DNA of 63,839 nt, the filler included, from Octopus bimaculoides (taxonomy: Eukaryota): the NCBI RefSeq assembly GCF_001194135.2. It is 4 parts of 4 records of this genome, joined end to end, with 100 filler letters (N's around TTAATTAATTAA, not from the genome) between each part and the next. Parts side by side here need not be neighbours in the genome. Positions count along the whole stretch, not along the records: positions 27,097 to 56,966 come from NC_068991.1; positions 57,067 to 59,697 come from NC_068987.1; positions 59,798 to 63,839 come from NC_068986.1; 1 more part is not named here. One strand, 5' to 3'. The position numbers were made by a program, and so were the translations under genes. The notes below the pieces were generated by a model. It made no database searches and was not told the origin of the DNA. It saw only the letters and a program-made list of their open reading frames with translations. This document shows positions 52,359-63,839 of this stretch, one piece after another. How positions within the stretch are numbered: position 1 is the first letter of the stretch; the number at the start of each line of letters is the position of its first letter.

Positions 52359-52577
52359 CTCCCACCGTATCGACATCACCATCTGCCGAAACGAGTCTCA
52401 CCTCAAACGATTAAAATGAGTTGTTTTTTTCTATCGTTGGCCGTCTGCTATTCAGGAGGCGAGCGTCAGCAGACAAACAACACACGCGCATTCACGCACT
52501 CACAGGGACACAAATACATTCATGCACATATACGTACAACCCAGCGTATATACATGCATACGCTCACGCGCACACGT

Positions 52578-52619
<42 letters not shown>

Positions 52620-53989
52620 ACACAAATACATACATGCCTGCAAAATACATACGGACACACGTCTCTACACACTACAATCATGCATACGCGAGCACATACA
52701 AACCCACCGACTCACACATTCTCTTTTAGTCTATCTGGGACACACACACTTACACGTACACACATATAAACAACCCAAACACACACTCACACACACACGT
52801 ACACACATAAACAACCCATCCACACATACATACACACACACACAACTACCTATTTCTATCTCTCAGTGTGTACCTAGGGAGAGAGAGAGAGAGAGAGGCT
52901 GAATGTTTAAGAAGTTTTGCTTCGCAACCACGAATTCCAGTGTTCGATCCTACTGCACGGTACCTTAAACAAACGTCATTTTCTTATAGCCCCGGTGTAA
53001 CAATTTCAGATTAACCCACCGCTATATCATTCAGCTTACCTCCTGTAATTTATAATCGATTTCATCCTACTCACCTTATTATTTCATAATACCCCACTCA
53101 GATCCTTTCCCAAATGTTCGTCACCTAGATGGTAAGTGCCTTTCATTCTTTCGCGGTAGATAAAATAAGCAACAGTTGAATAGTAGGGGTGGTCGATGTA
53201 ATCAATTAGCCCCCCCCCCTCCTCCACTTCTCCCAAAAATTTCTGGCCTTGTACCTTTAGTAGAAAGGGATTACTATTGTTGTTTGTCTATTGACACGTA
53301 TTGCACATCGCTCCCGTAAATTTGTTGTTATTTATATTGTTGCACAAAGTTATATATCGTATATTTCTTATCATTATATAGATAACTAACCGAGACCTTA
53401 GGGGGATGGCTAGTTTTTCTCCATCTGAACCCCTTAGGGACTAAATCGCGGACTGTTTAGCCTATCATGCCCCTCACGTTTTGTTTTAAAAGAAAGACGT
53501 TAGATTAGGATTGTTCATCCGCTGAAAAGAACAGCCAATTATCTGCACAACAGAACAGCCAAATTGAGAAAGTCAGTGACAGACAGCATCAGCAGCCGTG
53601 ACAACAACAACTGCAGCAGCAACAACAACAACACAACAATATAGCTCGTGAAATGTGTGAAAGTAACTTTCTATTGCTTTCGGCACCAACATCATCATCA
53701 TAGGAACAACAAAAAAGATCAATGACAGCAAAAAGCAACTACAGCACTGATGAGAACACTGCCACCTACACTGCCACCGCTAGTGGCAACAGCAAACCTA
53801 TCATCACCAACACCACTACCACATATGTAACCCCACATTCTATTGTTGTATCATTATTATTATTATTTGCGTTCTCCCTATTGAGAGCTTTATTTATTTA
53901 ATTTTTACTGTTATTTACTGTGTACTCGAATGTCAAAACCCTTTGTATCGTCCGGTATTTGTTTTTTAATGTTATTGTATGTCCATTTA

Positions 53990-54180
53990 TGTTTATTTAT
54001 ATTAGCCCTTGAGGTCAATAAAAGAATGAATTATGCCATCAAAGTAACACTGGGTAAAATATACGAAGCCCATTATACCCATCATGACTCCCCCTCTGAT
54101 AAGGGTACATCAGGCACATGCATCACAACCATGTGCGCGACATGGTGATCTCATATCAAGATAAACAGCGCATGACCTCG
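53990..54180 (-). mobile_element. SINE 3' part abutting the R4-like remnant
   Basis: Minus strand GCGCTGTTTATCTTGATATGAGATCACCATG..GGGCTTCGTATATTTTACCCAGTG; the R4-like ORF stops abruptly here. Family identification is from recall. Confidence 0.45.
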
Positions 54181-55010
54181 CAGTTTTTACCTTCATGCTC
54201 CACGTTTTCAATACTTCAATTTCGAGGTCATTGTACTTCAGCAATTTCTCAACTTCTTTTTTGACAATATTTTGATCAGAAGGGACTGCAATAGCTATCA
54301 ACAAGTAGGTGTTTTTTCCCCCAATCCTTGACTATTATGTCTGGGCGATTAGCTTTTATTTCTTTGTCGGTTTGAACCAGCATATCCCAAATGATTGTGG
54401 CCTGATCGTTGTCTTGTACCTTTCTTGGCTCATGCTTATACCCCCTACTGTCAGTTTTGATGTTGTAATGTTGGCATATTGTCCAGTTGATATAATCGCT
54501 TACTTTGTTGTGTCCGTATACACATTCAGACTTGGCAAGCACTGGGCAGTCTGCGATGATGTGGTCAACTGTCTCATTGGGCTGGTTGCACATTCTGCAT
54601 TTGGTGTTGAGACCTGTTTTCATTATTTTATTTTTATAATTGTTTGTAGTCAGGCATTGGTCTTGTGCAGTGAGAATACGTCCTTCCGTTTCGGATTTTA
54701 CTCCAGAGCTTTTGAACCATTGTTGGCTTTTACTTAGGCTCACTTCCTCTCTGTCAAACTTTGCCGTGTATTGGCCATGAAGTGATTTTTCTCTCGATTT
54801 CTTCTTCAATATCTTTTGTAATTCATTTTTCATGTTGTTTTTTGTCTCTGTAACCAGTTGTGCTATGTTCTCATCTGAGGTCAGTGTGTCAGTGTTGTTT
54901 GCTTCTGTTTTGTATTTTGTCGCCTCCTTGTGTATAGAAAAAAATGATTTCTTTTTCTTGTGCTCTCATGTTACTTTACTACATGCAGTAGTCCGCCACT
55001 CTTTGTTTCT
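54180..55010 (-). mobile_element. R4/Dong-like non-LTR retrotransposon C-terminus (CCHC plus restriction-like endonuclease)
   Basis: SLHGQY..ETEGRILTAQDQ..CRMCNQPNETVDHIIADC..IIWD..QTDKEIKANRPDIIVKD..(frameshift)AVPSDQN..EVEKLLKYNDL. Confidence 0.85.
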
Positions 55011-55249
55011 AAGTTTAAACTTTGCTAGCTGCAACAAGCCAAGCGTCAAAGGTTTCGCCTCGGCGGCAAGGCAAATTAAGGAAAAACTTAAGTGGAAGAC
55101 ATCAAAGACATCAAAGGACTACTAAGAAAATGGAAACAATGTAGCGATAAATACACCAAATTATATTATTAGGGACACAAACAAAAGAACACTCATTTAC
55201 AAAATGCGTAAGCACAAAAAAATAAAGAATAGAATAAGCAACATAAGAG

Positions 55250-56050
55250 CAACTTGAACCCATACTTAAGCCAGTATGGAATGTAAAAACCTATGTAACA
55301 AGAGGAAAACGTCTCGGCATATGGAGGTATGTTTCGCAACGGGGTAAGGAGCAAGACACCATTCCACAATGCCATTAAAAGGTCTAGACTTTTTACGTGT
55401 GCCTACGTACCTTAGTCGGCGCATGATAAAAATAAAAATTGGCGGTGGCGGCATTCCTCCTAGACATAGAGGACACCGACACAAGTTACACCAACAAAAT
55501 TGGTCGGGTCAGGGGATGGAGCTCATAATTCAAGTGGAATAAGAGTATAGAGGTTATTCCCGACTCGATCAGTCTGCCGGACAGTACAAAATTACACGAG
55601 GCCGTAGAAGACAAGAGGCCGGGATGTTACTTTTGTGGCGACAAGAACGATCTCAAGGTCTCTTGTCCCAGAAAGAGAGGAGAGGAACGGCCAGCACTAC
55701 AACCAACACCAGTATCAGTGCCATCTCCAGCGCAGCAACAGCAACAACAGATGCAGCAGCAGCAGGGACCAGCGGTCGATACACCAAGGGTAGCACTGGT
55801 GCTATCACCACCACCACCACCACCAGCGACAACAACAGCGATGCTGCCACCAGCCGTCTCTGAGGCTTCAACACCAGAAACTTCAACAACCAAGGGACTG
55901 TCACCACCAACCACAACAGCAGTACCAGCAACAAATAAACTCCCACAACAAATCCAAGACCCACAAAACATTCCCCTTCCCGACCCAAACAACTCGGACT
56001 GCTCAAGTACTGAGGTCGAGAAGGAGGAATGGCACTCAGTACCCCCCTAA
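55250..56050 (+). pseudogene. Decayed retroelement ORF1/gag-like sequence with a zinc knuckle and a Q/P/T-rich tail
   Basis: 55625-55669 reads CYFCGDKNDLKVSCP, i.e. CX2CX4(H to D)X4C. Upstream frames are broken by stops and frameshifts. Confidence 0.5.
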
Positions 56051-56896
56051 CAAGCTGAACTTCCCAACAGCAGCAACACACACACACAACAACCAGCAAC
56101 GACGATACCACTTTCACAAGCACTACCACCTCAAACACAAACACCAACATAAATTACAACACAGACAGACTCCACAAGCATTACCAACCTCACAGCCATA
56201 ACCACAGACGACATACACCGGGTCACATATCTAAGAGACAACACTGACACCAAATTGGAAGACTTTGTCTTCCACACACCAACGCACCACCACCACTCAT
56301 ACAAATTCTAAAAATTACACAGCACACATACAACACATTAAAAACAAACACACCACCTGAACAAGCACACATCAACTGCTAAACACAAGTGTTTGCACAT
56401 GTATGCATGCGCGCGCACACACAAATGCACAAAACGCTCATCACTCCACACAACACATACACTAGGTTACTTGTACACATACATACACACCCAGGCCAAT
56501 GCATTTGCACACACATGATAACAAACATACCCTTTCGTCCATACGCACATACATACCAGTACATGTAACGCATATCACTCCACGTAATGTACGCACTGGG
56601 TCACTTACGCACATACACACACACAGACGCACATATTTTTCAGCTTGCCCACACATACATACTCACACACTCATCCCCATTCATACACACACACTCGCAC
56701 ACAATTCTCACATACACATGCGCGCGAGAGAGCAAATTCGTTCGGCCGGGTAACCATTATTATCTCCCTTTCATTCAGCCTCTTTCTTCTGGCTATTTCA
56801 TCATGTTGAACCGTTAATCCCTACACATTTTTCTTTCTCCGTTTTTGTTTTTTTTTGTTTATTTTTGTTTTCATTCTCCTTTTTTGGCCCTTAATC

Positions 56897-56932
56897 CTTT
56901 CTGTCGAAGAGCAGATGCTCGAAACGTAAAAG
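56897..56932 (+). ncRNA. Minimal type I hammerhead-like motif with a U6 variant
   Basis: CTTT-CTGTCGA-A-GAGC-AGAT-GCTC-GAAAC-GT-A-AAAG. Stem I is 4 bp, stem II 4 bp, and stem III is the palindrome ACGT. Confidence 0.45.
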
Positions 56933-56966
56933 ACTTTTCCATTCTTCTCGAACGTTAATATAATAC

Positions 56967-57066
56967 NNNNNNNNNNNNNNNNNNNNNNNNNNNNNNNNNN
57001 NNNNNNNNNNTTAATTAATTAANNNNNNNNNNNNNNNNNNNNNNNNNNNNNNNNNNNNNNNNNNNN
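56967..57066. other. Artificial scaffold-joining linker
   Basis: N44-TTAATTAATTAA-N44. Confidence 0.95.
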
Positions 57067-57470
57067 ATTCGTCGACGAGGTAGTCTACAAGAGGGTGTCA
57101 TAAAATCGGTCTTTCTGTCCATTCGGTAGCCCGGGCTGAGGGGCATAGGCCGAGATAATGGTTGCTAAGTATTCTATCGCATACTCTGGCTACCTCGATT
57201 ACCTTATCCACCCATTTCTCTGCAAGAAGTATACCCATGCCCCCAACCCTGTCTGTGTTCCCTGCCCAGAAAATCTTGTACCTGTGTTCTTTGCCTGTGA
57301 GGAACCTAGCGGAACCTCCTCTCCACCTTACTTCTTGGAAGCAGCAGATATTGATACATCTCCATTCAAGCATCTCAACAATCTCACCAGACCTACCTTT
57401 CAGTGTGCAGATGTTGAGAGTGCCAACCCTGAGGGTGTGGGCGGTATGGGCCTGTGAGACCCTGGGGCGG
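57067..57470 (-). mobile_element. RTE LINE 5' part, APE endonuclease
   Basis: LRVGTLNICTLKGRSGEIVEMLEWRCINICCFQEVRWRG..GGMGILLAEKWVDKVIEVARVCDRIL. Confidence 0.88.
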
Positions 57471-57889
57471 GGAACAGCAGCGTCATGTAAAGAAAGCTCG
57501 CATTTTGCAGAATTCATAAACAATCAGTAGCCTTCATTTCAACCTGCAGCAGAATTCATAAACAATCTGCTGCAGTTAATTTATTTAATTTAAATGAACT
57601 ACCTATGGAATTTATAATGTTTGTTGTAATGAAACAGCAGTTGAACATTAAATATGAACTATATGTGAAATAAATGCTCTTCTGCTTTTATTGTATATAC
57701 ATATGTTGTTCTATAAAATTATCTTAGCTGATTATCAATGCAAGGAGTCTCACCTGGATTTACTGCAATGTAATAACATGTTGAAATTTAATGATCTAAT
57801 TTATTTAAGCTCTTAATTACTGTGGATTTATTTAATCAATTTTATTAATTCTTTATATAGATATCCTATGAACTATTTATAATGGTCAG

Positions 57890-58138
57890 TGTTATGTATT
57901 CTTTTGTTCTTTGTGGGATAATAAACAACTCACTGGAGGAATGTTATGCTTCTACGTGTTTACTTTATTTGACATGTTTACAAACAGTGTCTATAGCGGA
58001 GTGATACACGCTGTGCGTATCTGCCTTAAACACAGTTCATACTGCTTAGTAGATGCGCTTAACGAAATAGTACTACTAGTGAAGATGTATTCATATATAC
58101 GTATACCTATGCATGCACATAGATATGAACATATAACA
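57890..58138 (-). mobile_element. 3' LTR of a Gypsy element (249 bp)
   Basis: TGTTAT...ATAACA termini and an internal AATAAA on the minus strand. It is preceded on the minus strand by the polypurine tract AAGAAGAAGGGA (58139-58150). Confidence 0.7.
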
Positions 58139-58602
58139 TCCCTTCTTCTTATAGACGTAATCTCCCTTACACTAATGGATTGTCAGCGCAAGGGTGGCAA
58201 TCCTGCAGCAGAAACCGTGGGATTATTCTGCCCACACACATGGTTTTCTGCTTCCTAATCTAGCAGAAGTAGTTGTTTTATTTTCTTTCTCTCTTAACGG
58301 TATNNNNNNNNNNNNNNNNNNNNNNNNNNNNNNNNNNNNNNNNNNNNNNNNNNNNNNNNNNNNNNNNNNNNNNNNNNNNNNNNNNNNNNNNNNNNNNNNN
58401 NNNNNNNNNNNNNNNNNNNNNNNNNNNNNNNNNNNNNNNNNNNNNNNNNNNNNNNNNNNNNNNNNNNNNNNNNNNNNNNNNNNNNNNNNNNNNNNNNNNN
58501 NNNNNNNNNNNNNNNNNNNNNNNNNNNNNNNNNNNNNNNNNNNNNNNNNNNNNNNNNNNNNNNNNNNNNNNNNNNNNNNNNNNNNNNNNNNNNNNNNNNN
58601 NN

Positions 58603-58835
58603 GTTACGTCTCAGCTGCCTACCAGATTCAGTTTCTATAATGTACGATCTTGGAGTTTCAGCTCTACTGACAACCTGTGCTGGGATCCATGTTTTAGTTA
58701 TAGGATCTTGAGTATGCACATGTTGTCCTCCAAGTATCTCAGGTAAATATTGTGCATGTCTGTTGTAATATTTCTGTGCTTGTTCCTGAGTGGCTGCTAG
58801 CTTTGCCCTTGTCTCTTCCTGGTCAATAAGAGGTT
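58603..58835 (-). mobile_element. Ty3/Gypsy integrase C-terminal region
   Basis: QEQAQKYYNRHAQYLPEILGGQHVHTQDPITKTWIPAQVVSRAETPRSYIIETESGRQLRRN. Confidence 0.8.
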
Positions 58836-58839
58836 GAAT

Positions 58840-59645
58840 CTTAGTTGGCAGGGTGGGAAGATAGTTTTTGTGTGTGGCAAATGCTCAGGGGAAATAAACA
58901 CTGAAAATATGCAGAAAACAGCTTCTGTCACATGCCAGGAGGGAAAACTAGAAGTAGTTGATAGCTTCCGTTATCTAGGTGACCAAGACAGTAGCAGGTG
59001 TAGAAGCTCTGAGAGTTGGTGAGAGAGGGCCTCTCAGAGTAAAAGGTAGATTGTATGACACGTGTGTGCGAACAGCCATGCTACATGGCAGTGAAACATG
59101 AGCTGTGACTGCTGAGGACATGCGTAAGCTTACAAGAAATGAAACTAGTATGCTCTGCTGGATGTGTAAAGTCAGTGTGCATACACAACAGAGTGTAAGC
59201 GCCATGAGAGAAAAGTTGGACATAAGAAGCATCAGATGCCACCTGACTGGCTTCCATGCCAGTGGCACGTAAAAAGCACCATTCGAGTGTAAGTCATTGC
59301 CAGTGCTGCCTGACTGGCTCCCATGCAGGTGGCATGTACAAAGTACCATTCAAGTGTGGTTGTTGCCAGTGCTGCCTGAGTGGTCCCGTTCTGGTGACAT
59401 GTAAAAAGCACCATTCAAACGTTGTCAATACCAGTACCGCTTGACTGGCCCACGTGCCAGTGGCATGTAAAAAGCACCCACTACACTCTTGGAGTGGTTG
59501 GAATTAGGAAGGGCATCCAGCTGTAGAAACCTTGCTAGATTAGCTTGGAGCCTGCTACAGCCTTCTGGCTTGCCAGTCCTCAGTCAAACCATTCAACCAA
59601 TGCCAGCATAGAAAGCGGACGTTAAATGACGGTGACGATAATGAT
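58840..59645 (+). mobile_element. 5'-truncated RTE LINE (ORF2 C-terminus, tandem 3' UTR units, tail)
   Basis: LEVVDSFRYLGD; LRVKGRLYDTCVRTAMLHGSET*AV..MLCWMC; then ~60-nt units and GGACGTTAAATGAC. Confidence 0.85.
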
Positions 59646-59697
59646 AATAAAAAAAAAAGAAAAAGATGAAACTTACCTTAGATAAGAAGAATTTGTG

Positions 59698-59797
59698 NNN
59701 NNNNNNNNNNNNNNNNNNNNNNNNNNNNNNNNNNNNNNNNNTTAATTAATTAANNNNNNNNNNNNNNNNNNNNNNNNNNNNNNNNNNNNNNNNNNNN
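59698..59797. other. Artificial scaffold-joining linker
   Basis: N44-TTAATTAATTAA-N44. Confidence 0.95.
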
Positions 59798-59905
59798 GTA
59801 TCAAATGGATGTCTTATAAAACTATTCCACACATACAATAACAGCCATACCAATAACCCAACATACCTCCATCATCAGCTGCCCCACGGATATCACTATT
59901 GTTTC

Positions 59906-59946
<41 letters not shown>

Positions 59947-60027
59947 AAAAAAACAATAACAAAAAAACAACAAAGTGAGGACGTGATATGGATAGTATTA
60001 TTGGACGCTCAGGAAAGGAAAGAGAAA

Positions 60028-60067
<40 letters not shown>

Positions 60068-60543
60068 TATACTGTGTATACAGTTAGATATACGACTGCT
60101 ACTGCATGGGCTAGAGCTCCACATAGACTATCTTCATCCAGTCATCTTCCAGTATAGTGGTTAGTCTACCAAGGTACTTAGCAGAGTTATTAGTTATGAT
60201 ATACACATCATATGTTGTGGAAAAATAAAATGAACATATACACTCATATGCGCGCGCGCGTGTATGTAAATATGAAACGGATGGGTATTCTGGGTATTAC
60301 AACACATGTTTCCGCAGCGAATTTTATGTAGAACACGGATAGATTATATAACTTTACATGTAACAATACGAAGCATCATGTAACATGTAAGTTTGTGTTT
60401 TCATAAGGTTCCACTTCTTCAGCTAATACACCTTTGTTTTGTCTTGATCTAATTTAAATTATCCCTTCTTTTTTTACTACCTATCTATCGATTGATCAAT
60501 CTGTCTGTCTATCTGTCTGTCTGACTGTTTGTCTGTTTGTCTG

Positions 60544-60574
<31 letters not shown>

Positions 60575-61557
60575 NNNNNNNNNNATCTTTCTAGAGATGT
60601 AAACACATTCGTTAATCAAATTCTCTAATAATTTTCGTTTTGGCACGCTGTCTAAATATCTTTTGGCCCTCTAAGGTTATCAAACATGTCTGATTACAGT
60701 CAAATAGTTATGTATGTGTAATGGAAACCACGTCCATGAGACTTAATGCGCATGTGCAATTCCTTTCAAACATTATTCCTAATAAGATCAAGTCTCTTTA
60801 AAAAGACATCATTTAAGTTTTCAATAAACCCGTATGCGCTTCCGTACACGTGTGTGTGTGTATGTGTGTATATGTATATATATATATATATATATGTATA
60901 TGTATATGTGTATGTGCATATATATATACACACACATACATACATACATATATATATATGTATGTAGGTATATATACATATATGTATATATGTATATATA
61001 AATATATATTTATATACACACACATATATATATGTACATNNNNNNNNNNNNNNNNNNNNNNNNNNNNNNNNNNNNNNNNNNNNNNNNNNNNNNNNNNNNN
61101 NNNNNNNNNNNNNNNNNNNNNNNNNNNNNNNNNNNNNNNNNNNNNNNNNNNNNNNNNNNNNNNNNNNNNNNNNNNNNNNNNNNNNNNNNNNNNNNNNNNN
61201 NNNNNNNNNNNNNNNNNNNNNNNNNNNNNNNNNNNNNNNNNNNNNNNNNNNNNNNNNNNNNNNNNNNNNNNNNNNNNNNNNNNNNNNNNNNNNNNNNNNN
61301 NNNNNNNNNNNNNNNNNNNNNNNNNNNNNNNNNNNNNNNNNNNNNNNNNNNNNNNNNNNNNNNNNNNNNNNNNNNNNNNNNNNNNNNNNNNNNNNNNNNN
61401 NNNNNNNNNNNNNNNNNNNNNNNNNNNNNNNNNNNNNNNNNNNNNNNNNNNNNNNNNNNNNNNNNNNNNNNNNNNNNNNNNNNNNNNNNNNNNNNNNNNN
61501 NNNNNNNNNNNNNNNNNNNNNNNNNNNNNNNNNNNNNNNNNNNNNNNNNNNNNNNNN

Positions 61558-61578
61558 ACCACCACCACCACCATCATT

Positions 61579-61627
<49 letters not shown>

Positions 61628-61641
61628 CTATCATCATCATT

Positions 61642-61694
<53 letters not shown>

Positions 61695-61705
61695 TATCAT
61701 CATCC

Positions 61706-61741
<36 letters not shown>

Positions 61742-61770
61742 ACATTATCTTCATCGGCATCATCACTATT
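61558..61770. repeat. (ACC)n/(ATC)n microsatellite, duplicated at about 63672-63839
   Basis: The interruption pattern is identical at an offset of 2114. Confidence 0.9.
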
Positions 61771-63204
61771 GCCATCTTCCGTCTGCCAACCAACCTTTAA
61801 AAAGGCGGAAACAGATGGTGTTCTTCACTCTAGTACTTGTGGCGAAAGAGCGAATGTGATGGACGTGGCCGAAAAGGTTGAGGACAAACGTTTTTGTCAT
61901 CAGTCAAGCCCTCATCGATTTTTTTCAAGTTCCACTTTAAATGGGAACTGTATGTAGAGAAGGAGTGCTCTCCTCCGCGAATTTGTCAAAAGGCGGGTGA
62001 ACATGGTAAAAATGGTTCGGATGAATGGAACAACTCTAAATATGTACCTGTAGATTGGAGAACAACAGCTGGTTGAGCTTTTGATCATCAGGGTAATCCT
62101 GGATCTATTGCGGGGGGATTCTTCATTTGCCCTAGTTTGAGGTTTTTCTGCATCGAGAAGTTTGCACCACCCATATGTTCATTTATTTTGTATTCTATTT
62201 GTACGTTTTATCGCATCTCACNNNNNNNNNNNNNNNNNNNNNNNNNNNNNNNNNNNNNNNNNNNNNNNNNNNNNNNNNNNNNNNNNNNNNNNNNNNNNNN
62301 NNNNNNNNNNNNNNNNNNNNNNNNNNNNNNNNNNNNNNNNNNNNNNNNNNNNNNNNNNNNNNNNNNNNNNNNNNNNNNNNNNNNNNNNNNNNNNNNNNNN
62401 NNNNNNNNNNNNNNNNNNNNNNNNNNNNNNNNNNNNNNNNNNNNNNNNNNNNNNNNNNNNNNNNNNNNNNNNNNNNNNNNNNNNNNNNNNNNNNNNNNNN
62501 NNNNNNNNNNNNNNNNNNNNNNNNNNNNNNNNNNNNNNNNNNNNNNNNNNNNNNNNNNNNNNNNNNNNNNNNNNNNNNNNNNNNNNNNNNNNNNNNNNNN
62601 NNNNNNNNNNNNNNNNNNNNNNNNNNNNNNNNNNNNNNNNNNNNNNNNNNNNNNNNNNNNNNNNNNNNNNNNNNNNNNNNNNNNNNNNNNNNNNNNNNNN
62701 NNNNNNNNNNNNNNNNNNNNNNNNNNNNNNNNNNNNNNNNNNNNNNNNNNNNNNNNNNNNNNNNNNNNNNNNNNNNNNNNNNNNNNNNNNNNNNNNNNNN
62801 NNNNNNNNNNNNNNNNNNNNNNNNNNNNNNNNNNNNNNNNNNNNNNNNNNNNNNNNNNNNNNNNNNNNNNNNNNNNNNNNNNNNNNNNNNNNNNNNNNNN
62901 NNNNNNNNNNNNNNNNNNNNNNNNNNNNNNNNNNNNNNNNNNNNNNNNNNNNNNNNNNNNNNNNNNNNNNNNNNNNNNNNNNNNNNNNNNNNNNNNNNAT
63001 ATATGTATATGTATATGTGTATGTGCATATATATATACACACACATACATACATACATATATATATATGTATGTAGGTATATATACATATATGTATATAT
63101 GTATATATAAATATATATTTATATACACACACATATATATATGTACATATATATACATATATATATACATACATACATATACATACATACACATGTATGT
63201 ATGT

Positions 63205-63256
<52 letters not shown>

Positions 63257-63692
63257 GCATACATGCATACATACATATATGTTTATATGTACATATAATG
63301 GAAACGTAGCATTTCACTTCAAAACAGGGGGGAAAAAACACAATATTCTTGTCTTCTGTTGAACTAATACTCGCTGTTATATCGGTACGCATTAGTAATT
63401 TATAGAACATTTGTAAATGGATTATCGAGATCCTGCCTCGTATAAATCGCTTCTTTGGAAATCAGTGGGGCTTTTTAAAGCTATCTATTTATCTATCTAT
63501 CTATCTATCTATCTACCTATCTATCTATCTATCTATCTATCAATCGTGGACATCATCATCGTCATCATCAGCATCATTACCGCCGCCATAGCTGCCACAA
63601 CCATCACTTCAACCACCACCGTCACCATCGTCACCACCATAACCACCTCCATCATAACCATCACCACCACCACCACCACCACCACCATCATT

Positions 63693-63741
<49 letters not shown>

Positions 63742-63755
63742 CTATCATCATCATT

Positions 63756-63808
<53 letters not shown>

Positions 63809-63839
63809 TATCATCATCCTCATCATCATCATCATCATC

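Noticed and set aside
53010-53100. Two consensus minus-strand donors, including a possible 3-nt microexon
   Set aside because: No coding context or partner exons were found; likely chance matches.
27097-56966. Upstream USP14 exons in scaffold 2
   Set aside because: None were recognised, and the linker shows this sequence is not contiguous with the gene.
821-63838. Long ORFs rich in YI/CV/HT/X, poly-M, poly-H, poly-I or poly-V
   Set aside because: They are translations of microsatellites and N gaps, not genes.

Overview
Repeat-rich, AT-rich eukaryotic (metazoan) genomic DNA with many N gaps. The repeat families look octopus/cephalopod-like; this is from recall and not database-checked. The window is not one locus. 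Three identical 100-bp N44-TTAATTAATTAA-N44 linkers (26997-27096, 56967-57066, 59698-59797) join four probably unrelated scaffolds. Scaffold 1 holds the last six coding exons of USP14 (minus strand, 18614-26458) and the last two coding exons of a small antistasin-domain protein (plus strand, 4590-4719 and 9691-9715). The rest is microsatellites, tRNA-derived SINEs, RTE 3' tails, MITEs and decayed transposons: Penelope GIY-YIG, Tc1 DD34E, several maT/DD37D, RTE, R4/Dong-like, I-like and a Gypsy 3' end. The most interesting signal is a set of type I hammerhead-ribozyme-like motifs, the best at 27343-27402 inside a ~422-nt direct-repeat unit (Penelope pLTR or retrozyme-like). Nearly all long entries in the ORF track are microsatellite or N artefacts. 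Repeat boundaries are approximate; exon boundaries were read from splice sites. All translations and alignments were done by eye.
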